From: a virus
Lineage: Duplodnaviria > Caudoviricetes
Strand: one strand, 5' to 3'
Virus record (IMG/VR): IMGVR_UViG_3300037502_003163
Span: 1 to 59,941 of that record
DNA length: 59,941 nt
The notes beneath the pieces are model-generated. The model worked only from the letters and a program-made list of their open reading frames with translations. It was not told the DNA's origin and did not search any database. How positions within the stretch are numbered: position 1 is the first letter of the stretch; each line of letters starts with the position of its first letter. The translations under genes and the position numbers were made by a program. Below are positions 25,076-34,500 of the stretch, one piece after another.

Positions 25076-27244
25076 TTAGTCTTTAATAATGAATCCGGCA
25101 GCTTTGGCTTGTTGCTCGATATATGCTTCGGGGAGGCCGGTTTGTTTAGCCTTATCAGCGACATCTTTCCTGGTCACTACTTTACCACCGGCAGCTGGTT
25201 TCTGTCCAGCGGGTTGTGTCGGAGCGGGGGTCGGAGCAGGTACCCCACCCAAAAGGATTTCCTCTCTTCGAGCGGTAGTATCCGCTTTCTGTTGGCGGAG
25301 ATTAGCAATCTGTTGTTTTAGTTCCTCGACATTAGTCGTGGCAACCGCAATAGCCTGGTCCTTGTCAAACTTGGTACCGCCAAACCACTTCTCTTTCTGA
25401 AACTCGGGAGCTTGTTTAGTGACTCCCTTGTCTGCGGCGTATGCATTAAATGCCCTGTCAAAGGCTTTTTGGTCAGAGCCAGAGTTGGCCAAGGTAGTAG
25501 CTAAGGCCAGCTTCTTTTCAAGTCCTTTAATCAAGTTATCGGTTTCTTTAATGGACTGGTCGAGGAGACTGGCTTGGGTTTTGCCTGTAGCAGTGGCCGC
25601 TTTAGCTGCCTTTTCTTGCGCCCTATTAGTGGCGGCTGTAATGGCGCGAGTATCCCTAATATTGGCTATTTGTAATTGGGTAGCCCGGTCCTTCTCCCTT
25701 TCCGCTTTCCTGTCAGCAGCTTCGAGTTGGCGCTCCCCATAAGCAGCCAACCGTTCCAAGGAACGCTGCTGCCGTTCTGCTGCTTGCTCCGCTGCCCTCT
25801 GTCCCCGCTCTACGCCCCGTTCTACCAGTCGCTCCTGGTCGGAAAGAGTCGAAAGTTCGGTTTGATATTCACGGAGGGCACCCATTGTCCTCGCGTTATA
25901 GTCGACATTGGGGAGGGCGAGAGCCCGGTCAGCGACACCTCGCATCGCAGCAACGTAATTGGCAACCGCGTTACCCACCGTCTGGGCGACCTCCGCCCAC
26001 TGATTGAGGGTTGCCTGTTCCCGGTAAGCGCGTCTCGCTTCTTCACGAGCTGAAGCAATCTGCTTCATCAGCGCCGGGTCGGCGGAAACCTCTTGTGGTT
26101 TGATTGCTTCAATCCGTTCATAAAGAGATTGGATATCGGCACGAGTAATTGGTTGTCCTTGACTAATCTTGTCCTGGACATCGGTAGCACTTTTTTGGGC
26201 AGCGATACCTTTTACTGCTTGACTTGCGGACTTTTCTACATCAGACTCACTGATGGGAGCCTTAGCTGGTTGCCCACCCCCACGAACGGGAGGCGGTACA
26301 TTTGCCGTCTCCTGTTTTAGTGTTGGCGCGGTAGGCTGGACTGGGCCTTCTTTTAATCCAAGTAGTGGTGCAAACTTCCCCGGTTCCAGTACGAGAGGTA
26401 CAGTACTTGTAGGACGTGTGGTCTCCTTGGCCTGGGGAGCCATTGACCGCAGTTCGGATAAGAAATCTTGGGCGCGTTGAATTTTGATATTGACGTCGGA
26501 ACGACTTGCTGTTAGCGGCCTCTCTGCTACCTGCTTATTGAGGTCTTCGTAAGTATTCCAAAGGCGGCGAACTTCGTCACTACCGCCCCGACTATTGGCA
26601 GCGTCCAACTCGGCCGGGGTCGGCTCTAGTATACCCTCTTCAGTGATGCGGGGATTCACGTTGTAGACAGGGATGGGCCGCTCTTCGGGTTGTTTTTCTT
26701 TTTCGAGAGCCTTCCCTACAGCACCAGCGGCTACCATTCCAGCCCCGACTTTGCGGGCGGTGCCAAAGGTGGGTCGAACTGATTCAGTAGGTATCGTCCC
26801 TGGTGTTGATTGGGTGGCGGTTGGTGCTGCCTCTGGTATGTCTGGCTCTACCCTAGATGGGCGGCCTTCTTTCAGTGCGGCACGTTTTGCTTGGTCGGCG
26901 CGGTATCTATCTGCTGCTGTTTCCAGCGGTCCTACTACTACTCCCTCAGTGGTTGGCTTAGTGTATGGCACAAGAGCACGAGAACCGGAGGGAACGAGTT
27001 CCTTACCCGATTCGACTTCGCGACTGGCCCCGACAGCAACGCCCCTAGTAGCTTCAACCGCTTGTTTATTGGCTTCAATTGCTTCAAGGATGGTCTTGTC
27101 CGACGCCCCGGGAACTTTATTTGAAACCGCTTCAACAATCTCATCGGTACTCTTGCCTTGGGAAAGCAGTTCAGAAGCGAGCTTGTTTATTTTAGTAGCA
27201 GCCTTCCCGACTATCTTACCACCAGCTTGATAAATATTCGCCAT
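25076..27244 (-). CDS. Internal virion / ejection protein
   Basis: GAGGAG SD before ATG 27244; Ala/Gln/Glu-rich coiled coil. Confidence 0.6.
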   Translation of the reverse strand: MANIYQAGGKIVGKAATKINKLASELLSQGKSTDEIVEAVSNKVPGASDKTILEAIEANKQAVEATRGVAVGASREVESGKELVPSGSRALVPYTKPTTEGVVVGPLETAADRYRADQAKRAALKEGRPSRVEPDIPEAAPTATQSTPGTIPTESVRPTFGTARKVGAGMVAAGAVGKALEKEKQPEERPIPVYNVNPRITEEGILEPTPAELDAANSRGGSDEVRRLWNTYEDLNKQVAERPLTASRSDVNIKIQRAQDFLSELRSMAPQAKETTRPTSTVPLVLEPGKFAPLLGLKEGPVQPTAPTLKQETANVPPPVRGGGQPAKAPISESDVEKSASQAVKGIAAQKSATDVQDKISQGQPITRADIQSLYERIEAIKPQEVSADPALMKQIASAREEARRAYREQATLNQWAEVAQTVGNAVANYVAAMRGVADRALALPNVDYNARTMGALREYQTELSTLSDQERLVERGVERGQRAAEQAAERQQRSLERLAAYGERQLEAADRKAEREKDRATQLQIANIRDTRAITAATNRAQEKAAKAATATGKTQASLLDQSIKETDNLIKGLEKKLALATTLANSGSDQKAFDRAFNAYAADKGVTKQAPEFQKEKWFGGTKFDKDQAIAVATTNVEELKQQIANLRQQKADTTARREEILLGGVPAPTPAPTQPAGQKPAAGGKVVTRKDVADKAKQTGLPEAYIEQQAKAAGFIIKD

Positions 27245-27245
27245 C

Positions 27246-28100
27246 CTATATCTCCTCTTGTCCTGCTTGTTGTGCTCCGATAGTGCCGAAGAGGGCACCC
27301 CCTGCTTTGGCTCCGGCCATTGCTCCAGCCGGGTTTCCACCACTGAGTACGCCACCCGCTACTGCCCCACCAACTGTTCCGACCATTGTCCATCCGGCAA
27401 CAGCTTTGGCTGCTCGCTCCTTAGCGTCCCGAATACGACGTTCGGTATCCTTTTGGAGGGCTATGATTTCCCGTTTGGCGTCTTGGTCTAACTTCTGTTC
27501 CCCGACCATGAAGTCGTTTTTGGCGATTTCGGCCAGCTTATTGTATACTGCTTCTAGTGAAGCGATGTTGCGTTTATGTAAGTTCTGAGCAGTGTTGGCC
27601 CAATTGCGGTATTGTTCATCGCTGGTAGCGGCTTGTCGTTTATAATCAGCGAGCTGCCTTTCAGTAAAGAACGTATTGTTAGCGGCGTCTTTTTTGAACT
27701 GAAGCTCGTTATCGAAAAGCTCCTTCTTCGCGGTGGCGTCGAGTTTGGCCAACCGGTCCACCTGTGCTAGGGATTCCTTGCGGGCCTCTTCTTGCAATGC
27801 GCCCACTCTCTGTTGTCCGGCTAATGCTTCCGCACCAAGACCGGCTCTAGCAATCTGTCCGGCCTGTTCTACAGTTTGGGCTGCCCTACTGACAGCTTGT
27901 TCCCCGGCCTGAGCTGCCATCGTGGCGCCCATCTGTGCAGCTTGTCCAGCGGTAGGAGCAGCTTGGGGTCCCATACGAGATACTGCTTGCTGGAGCTGGA
28001 GCATTCTGGCCGCCCGTTGCTGGTCGGCAATAGTCTGGTTCCGGACTGGCATTTGTCCGGCCAGTGTACCCAAAGCGGAGGATGTTACTGTTTCGGCCAT
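27246..28100 (-). CDS. Internal virion / ejection protein
   Basis: Coiled coil with C-terminal glycine-zipper GGAVAGG...GAMAG. Confidence 0.6.
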   Translation of the reverse strand: MAETVTSSALGTLAGQMPVRNQTIADQQRAARMLQLQQAVSRMGPQAAPTAGQAAQMGATMAAQAGEQAVSRAAQTVEQAGQIARAGLGAEALAGQQRVGALQEEARKESLAQVDRLAKLDATAKKELFDNELQFKKDAANNTFFTERQLADYKRQAATSDEQYRNWANTAQNLHKRNIASLEAVYNKLAEIAKNDFMVGEQKLDQDAKREIIALQKDTERRIRDAKERAAKAVAGWTMVGTVGGAVAGGVLSGGNPAGAMAGAKAGGALFGTIGAQQAGQEEI

Positions 28101-28103
28101 AAA

Positions 28104-29081
28104 CTATGTCTCTCCGATGCCCGGACGTTTCTTCTGTTTGGGCAAGAAACGGTGAGCTGAAGTTTTATCTTTGTCAATCGTAGTCACGGTCGGACTAACC
28201 GAAGGTGACGAGGTCAGGCCAGGGCTGGTTGTGGCTTGGTTTTGCTGTGCCGACCACGCAGTAAAGCTCATTGGCCTCTCACCCTGGGGTAGGCTATCAA
28301 CATAACTTTGATAACCGCCACTAAAGCCGCCGGCTTGTTGGGTACCATACGCTTCCAGTCCGACCGGAATCAAGCTTGTCACCCCAGCAATGACCGCCCG
28401 CTCACTATCCGCTCTCATATTATCCCGGGCTGCCTTTATCGCATCAGCAGCATCCATCTTGGCGAGTTCTTTTCGGAAATCCCGGTCAGAGGCAGAAAGT
28501 AGTGATTTATTTTTGAGCTGCATATTGAGTAAGGCTTGGTTATTCTCGAGGATACTTTTTTGTAATTGTTCCCCAAACGAGATGTCCTCTTGTAGTCTAG
28601 CCTTTTCCCCTTCCCGGCGCAAGTCATCAACGTACTTAGCGTCGGCTAGTCGGAGATTGGCAGCGGCCATCTCTAGTCCAAGCTGTCTATTCTTTTCTCC
28701 GAGTTCGGCCCTACCCTGCTCGAGGCCGCGTAGGATGTTCTCGGTTTGGATTCTATTCTCGAGAGCCCGCTCCTGCTTCTGTCCTTCTAATGCAGCTTCC
28801 CTTTGTTTTTGTTCCTCGGCCTGTCCGGCAAAGGCTTGTTCAATACCGGTCGCTTGCAATTGGGCAGCTTGGCCAATTTCAGCTAGCTTCTGTTGGGCGG
28901 GTTGCTGGGCGGCGACCTCAGCGACTGCTAGCCCTTTAGGTCCCAACGCAGTAGCCGGACCAGTGATGCCCTTCCTCGCGGCGAGGAGTTGTTGTACAGT
29001 GCCGGTCTCATCTGCGACGGGAGCGGTTTGTGCTGCGACCCCGCCCAAGTTCTGTTTTAATTTGTCAAGTAAGGTTGCCAT
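28104..29081 (-). CDS. Internal virion / ejection protein
   Basis: Gln/Ala-rich coiled coil; ATG 29081 follows the previous stop. Confidence 0.6.
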   Translation of the reverse strand: MATLLDKLKQNLGGVAAQTAPVADETGTVQQLLAARKGITGPATALGPKGLAVAEVAAQQPAQQKLAEIGQAAQLQATGIEQAFAGQAEEQKQREAALEGQKQERALENRIQTENILRGLEQGRAELGEKNRQLGLEMAAANLRLADAKYVDDLRREGEKARLQEDISFGEQLQKSILENNQALLNMQLKNKSLLSASDRDFRKELAKMDAADAIKAARDNMRADSERAVIAGVTSLIPVGLEAYGTQQAGGFSGGYQSYVDSLPQGERPMSFTAWSAQQNQATTSPGLTSSPSVSPTVTTIDKDKTSAHRFLPKQKKRPGIGET

Positions 29082-29085
29082 AGGA

Positions 29086-31320
29086 TTACCAAAGTTTCTT
29101 TTTTCCAGTGAAGAATTGGGCAATTTTTCCTGTAGCTCCAGAGGATACAGGGAGGGCTTTTGTTATAAAATTACCAACTTTTTCAATAGCATCAACATCA
29201 CCCTGTAGTGCACGACGCGCTATATCTCCGCCAGATTCAATTGCTTTAAAAAACTCGGGACGCTTATCTTCTGGTATACCCATCTGATTGGCCAAGTCCA
29301 ATTTACGCTGTTCATTCTTGGCACGGTTTGCTTCATCAGCACGTCGTGTTCTAATGATTTCGGCCAGCGGCTCCTGAAAGCGGGGAGCGGCATTGGGTAT
29401 AGTATCTAATAGTTTTTGTAAATCATCAATGCTAAGATTCGCTTGATTGATTTCTTCCATAGTCACACGACCGTCTGCGTTCCATCCAGCAAACGTGTTC
29501 ATAGCATTTTTCTGGTCTTGACTCAACCCGGCCTGGACTGATTGAATGTTCGGACGGAAAGTATTAAACCCAGGCTGGATAGCTGCGCCGGACGCGACTT
29601 CGGCCAATGAGGGAACGGAGAGTTTACTTCGCATTCCTGCAATTTCGGAATCACTAAGTTTACCATCCCGGTTAGTATCAATTTCTCCAAAATTGGAACC
29701 GCCAAAACCCAGGCCAATCGACATGATATCGTCTGTTAGTGCTTTTTCAATATCGCCAATACCCATATCCTCAGCAAAATAAGCATTCAGTACAGCTTGG
29801 TTATTGTTTAAATCTCCGGCATTCTTTACTAAGGTCTGGGCAGCAAGCCACTGAGCAGCCGGGCCATTGGCGTCCTCTGGTCGTAGGTTCTTTATTTGTT
29901 CCGGGGTGAGCGACTTGACGTTGCCTGCACCGAGGGCGGATAGTCGGTCAGCTGCTGCTGCTTGGGCGCCGGGGGGCTGCGTTAATACATACTGTGCCGA
30001 CGGAGGTAAGTCTTCGAGTTTGAGTTCCTTAGTTGAGAGTGCTCCGATATCAATACCGATATCTTTAAAGAAATCTTTATTGGCGGCTAACGGTTTCAGG
30101 AGGGCGATATTCTTTTGTTGGACATCACGGAAGGCACCAGCGGAGGTGGCTGTACCTTTGACCAATTGCTCCAAGCCGTCTTTACTAGACCGGACCCAAT
30201 TATAAAGGTCGGGATTCGTTTCCTTGAGTGATTTCACAAAATCAGTTTTAGCGTCGGGGTCTGCCAATACTTGCGTGACGATGTCTGTCATTGCGGGAGC
30301 GGAGAGCAATTCTTCGACAGTATATATCTCGTTCCCGATTTGGACCTGTCTCCCGTCCGCGATATCCTTACCAATTTGTCCGACTTGGAATTCGGCACCC
30401 GCCAGTCCGGTCTCTTCCATTGTGGCAAGAACGTCGCGGAGGGCGGACCGTTCGGTAGAGGAAAGAAGACTTGATGCCATCCCAGCCTGGACATCTTGCG
30501 ATGCTCCGAACTCCGATTGCTGTCGGGCAGCAATCTTATTCTGCAAGTCGGTGATGGTAAGATTGGCTACTTCAGCCGGGTCGATGCCGAGCAGGGAAGC
30601 CAACTCCTCTTGAGAGGTACCAAGCTGGCCCAAGTCCTCAAGAGTTAGTTTCTCCCCAATGCCTTTGGTGACGGCTGTCGCGGCGGCTCCTTTTACCGTC
30701 TCCGGAGCGGCTGCCATAAAGGCCGGTACTTCTTCAGCGGTGAGTGCCGATTCGGCAGTCCGGCCCAGCTTCTCATTAAGTTGGCGTACCAGTTCAGCTT
30801 TTTGTGCCGGGTCGGTAGTGGACCCAATTTGGGCGACGAGATTGGCGATAGCGTCTTGTTCGGCCGGAGCGAACTTCTTGACCACCTCGGCGGCCGAGTT
30901 GACTTTCAGCTGGAGGCCACTGCCCTCTGTTTCCACTTTTTGCTGGGTGATATTGGCCATCGCGGCATCAACCAACTGATTGACTTTGTCTCCCATCGGA
31001 CCGAGGGCGCCAGCCAAGGCAGCAGCCTGCCTCTTCTTTGACTCCTCTTCGGGGGTAGCTACTGCAGGTGCTCTCAGCTTCGTGGCTTGTTCGAGCGCGG
31101 ACTCTCCTGTCGGAGCTGCAATGCGGGCCCCCTTTTGGGCGGGAGTCCCCATCATCTTGACTTGGTCAGGGGTAGCTAATGGGGGAGCCGTTACAGCGGA
31201 CGTGCCGGGTTGGACAGAAAAGGCATCACCAAGCTGGTTTACAGTGGGTGTCTTAGCCTCACTGCCAACTTGTTGACTTCTCTTGACTCTTTCGAGAACT
31301 GTCATTCCGGTACGTGCCAT
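29086..31320 (-). CDS. Internal virion protein with EF-hand-like loop
   Basis: 744 aa, helical; DTNRDGKLSDSE. Confidence 0.6.
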   Translation of the reverse strand: MARTGMTVLERVKRSQQVGSEAKTPTVNQLGDAFSVQPGTSAVTAPPLATPDQVKMMGTPAQKGARIAAPTGESALEQATKLRAPAVATPEEESKKRQAAALAGALGPMGDKVNQLVDAAMANITQQKVETEGSGLQLKVNSAAEVVKKFAPAEQDAIANLVAQIGSTTDPAQKAELVRQLNEKLGRTAESALTAEEVPAFMAAAPETVKGAAATAVTKGIGEKLTLEDLGQLGTSQEELASLLGIDPAEVANLTITDLQNKIAARQQSEFGASQDVQAGMASSLLSSTERSALRDVLATMEETGLAGAEFQVGQIGKDIADGRQVQIGNEIYTVEELLSAPAMTDIVTQVLADPDAKTDFVKSLKETNPDLYNWVRSSKDGLEQLVKGTATSAGAFRDVQQKNIALLKPLAANKDFFKDIGIDIGALSTKELKLEDLPPSAQYVLTQPPGAQAAAADRLSALGAGNVKSLTPEQIKNLRPEDANGPAAQWLAAQTLVKNAGDLNNNQAVLNAYFAEDMGIGDIEKALTDDIMSIGLGFGGSNFGEIDTNRDGKLSDSEIAGMRSKLSVPSLAEVASGAAIQPGFNTFRPNIQSVQAGLSQDQKNAMNTFAGWNADGRVTMEEINQANLSIDDLQKLLDTIPNAAPRFQEPLAEIIRTRRADEANRAKNEQRKLDLANQMGIPEDKRPEFFKAIESGGDIARRALQGDVDAIEKVGNFITKALPVSSGATGKIAQFFTGKKKLW

Positions 31321-31352
31321 AGCGGCGGGTCCCCTTTAGATTGGGTATGTAC

Positions 31353-31381
31353 AGACTAGCATATAGTACATACCGTGTCAA
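31353..31381 (-). promoter_or_regulatory. sigma-70-type promoter
   Basis: TTGACA-N17-TAGTCT. Confidence 0.7.
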
Positions 31382-31425
31382 GGAAAGTAGGTGGTTACCG
31401 GACCGTACTATCGGGGGGTGTACAT

Positions 31426-31508
31426 ATATGTACCGTACTAATATGTACAGTACAGATATGTACAGTACAGATATGTACAGTACAGATATGTACAGTACAG
31501 ATATGTAC
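31426..31508. repeat. 15-bp tandem repeat array
   Basis: ATATGTACAGTACAG x4 exact (31441-31500), plus one variant copy and one partial copy. Confidence 0.95.
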
Positions 31509-31545
31509 CCCGCCTACCGAAGCTAAATGTGCAAAGCGTGGTTTG

Positions 31546-31573
31546 ATTATAACTCGGATTGTAGTTTTGTCAA
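31546..31573 (-). promoter_or_regulatory. sigma-70-type promoter
   Basis: TTGACA-N16-TATAAT, reading into the repeat array. Confidence 0.7.
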
Positions 31574-31588
31574 TGGTCAGCCAGAAAG

Positions 31589-34500
31589 CTATTCCGTTTC
31601 AGCAGCTTGTTTCACTCCGGCCGTAGACAAGCCAGCCACACTATACGATATGCCCGCAATCTCGACATTTTCATTGCGGCCAATATTAGTAATCCGGACA
31701 GCCATATACATGCAACGTCTCCGCCCAATAGAGTGCATTATAGAGACGATTTCTTGTCCCGATACAGTGCTCAGCCCATCTACCAGTCCCGGCTGACTAA
31801 TGACCCGGAATGCAGTTGAGGGTGAGTATTCCCGGTTGAGGTCTACTGAAGTCTCGACCGAGGTACTATCACTATTGGACCCGGAACGGTAATTGACCAC
31901 AACGCTGGCCACAACCTTCCTAACAGCGGTATTGCCAAAGGAAGTTGCCCTGCCGTCCAAAATCGATTCTATTGCGTTAGCACCGTCCTGGTAATCATAC
32001 TCCTCACCCAGGTTGCGCAAACGCATTACAGACCCATTTACGCTCGCGTAGAAGGCATCCTGGAAAAGATTTGCCCACCCGGTGACGGGGTGATTCGTGT
32101 ACCGGCCCCACCCACCGAGGTTATCGGCTTCTTCGCCGGTGTGGTTGTAGACGTAAACTTGACTATTTTGAGCATAGTCGAGACTGCCCTCTCCGGTAAT
32201 AGGAACGGAGAGTTTATACTGACGGCCGACACCATAATGGTGACCTTGGACAATATCTAAGAAATCCTTCCTTACTGCTCCCTGCCAGAGCCGTTCAATG
32301 AACCGGCCCAGGTACTCTATTCGCTGGTTACGGCGGAGGACGTAGATGCCCGAGTCATTGGCAAACGCGATACCGTCCTTAGTGGGGGCAATACTGTATG
32401 GTGCTGTACACCCGAGGCCTTGGGTCTCCAAACGTTGCACGGCGTTCTGACCCGCAGCCTTCGCAGCGAGGTCGACTAGATAGATACTATTTTGTTTGAA
32501 GACGACGAGTACCCCGGACTGGAGCGAGGCTCCGAAAGCACTTTCGCCGAAAAAGGGAATCACGCCAGTAATTTCCTGCCCATCGGCAGAGTTGACATCA
32601 ATCACACTGGCCGAGCCATCCGGGTTGACCGTCCACAAGTTGTCAAATATTTCCGGATAGTTTTCATAGCTGACAGCCAATCGACTCGGGTACCGGGTTA
32701 CCGCTGCTGGAATAATCTCAGTTCCGGTCTTGACCGCAGCACCATTGACATAAGCTGAGATGCCGGCCACGGTCGAGATGCTCACCGCCGGGAGGAGAAC
32801 TTCGGCCCTGGGCTGCGTTACAAGTAATCGATTCCCCGTATCGGATTCAGACCGGGCAATCAGCCAAGGAGTAAATGTAGTATAAGCTGGTAGGGTAATG
32901 TCCACCATCCTCATTGTGGTGTTGATAGCCATCCCAATCCGACGAATGATTCTTGTGATGGGTGCTTCAAAGTTGACCGTCTGTCCATTGAGCATCCCCA
33001 TGTTTTGGTCAGCATTGATATTGACCGGAATATCTTTGGCGGTAGTTGCAAAGAGCGCGGAGACGTAATGAGTGGTCAAATCGGGAGCCACCAACGTACC
33101 ACTACATTTTACCGTACATGTGACGGGGTTACCAGCGGTATAGGCCGTTGCCGAGGCTATTTGCCACCAGCCGCACACAGATAGAGGATGCCCCCCTGCC
33201 GTGGTAAAATACAAGTATACCCAATCCCCGGATACAATTTCCCGCGTCGGGATAGTTGTAAAAGTAAATTGACCAGCCGTGGGAACGATTGCGCTGACTG
33301 AAGTTGCTCCGGTATTGCGCAATTCATAGCTAATAAAATCAGTCATATTTGTCGTCGGGGACAGCGTCGTATTGGATGCATCCTTACGGAATGTAATTTT
33401 CTGTCCCGCAAACGTACTTTGTGTTGTGGTTGGGGAAAGGTATGAGATGTCAAGAGTGGGCCAATTTGTGAGGTTGGCTAGCACTAATCGGTTCCCTGCC
33501 GTTGTGATATACTTTGCTTTTGGTGGCTCGTCCCAAGCGGCCGGTATCGTATCCGGACTTAGCGTCCCCACAACAACATCAGTCAGGGACAGTGTCCTAT
33601 TACTATAAGTGTCAACAATATCAATATAGCCATCCGGTCCGGCAAAGGTAGCAATCTTGGTCGGGGGCAGGCGGTAAAATACCGGTACTTCACCTACTGC
33701 AGCGGTCGTCCACAAAGTCCGATATGTCTCTATTTCAACGTTCTTATTCGTAAAGTCGTATTGGTCCCATGCGGGGAGGTTGACTAAGCGTAGATTAATT
33801 TTGTACTGAGTCGGTGTTGTAGGAGCGATAACCGCGACAAAGTCTTCGGCACCGGTAACGGCGCTAGCAGTGGTGACCCCATTGACATCTTTAATATTGA
33901 GGCGAAAATAATACCTAGCTTGGTAGGTGGTAATCATCTGCACAGTTGAGCCGCTACCTAGTGACGTAAATGGTAACGGCTCTTTGAATGTGAAAAAGCT
34001 ATGAGTACCAGATGTTTCAGTATCAATAGATTTAATTGTTAAATAGTGGTCAATTGTCGGGGAGACAGTACCATCCCGAATAATAACCAAATCATTCAGT
34101 GAAAAAGCTTCGGCATGTGCTTTATCGACTTTAATTCGACTTCCGATAAGTTCTAATGTATTTCCGCTGGCATCATCTGCAATTGCCGATGCTAGTGGTA
34201 TCCCACCGCTGGCCGTCGTCTCTGTGGTGAGGAAAAGACCCGGTTGCCAGGGTATCATGCCAGCCCGGTAGAAGTTGTAGCCATCATACTTATAGACTTC
34301 GTCATCACCATTAGTCAGATAGAGATTATTCTGCACCATGGCCGAGCGAAGGAAGGGCTGGTTATCATATGTGTTTGCCGATAGTTGCTGGACTACCGTC
34401 TTCGGAATGAGAGCGTAGTTTGCGTAATCGGGGTCCGTTACTGGTGAGACCGGCACCTCAGCAGGGAGCCATCGACCGACAACAGAGAGGGCGGTAGGTA

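Noticed and set aside
28390-29208. 272 aa + strand ORF, and similar antisense ORFs (50000..50674, 41739..42374, 54491..55081)
   Set aside because: Shadow frames of Ala/Gln-rich minus-strand genes; no SD or motifs
31426-31508. CRISPR or mini-CRISPR array
   Set aside because: Repeats are directly tandem with no unique spacers; the Cas4-like gene is a stand-alone phage nuclease
31341-31626. ORFs with MYSTD / ICTVQ peptide repeats
   Set aside because: By-products of translating the 15-bp DNA repeat; no SD and on the wrong strand for this arm
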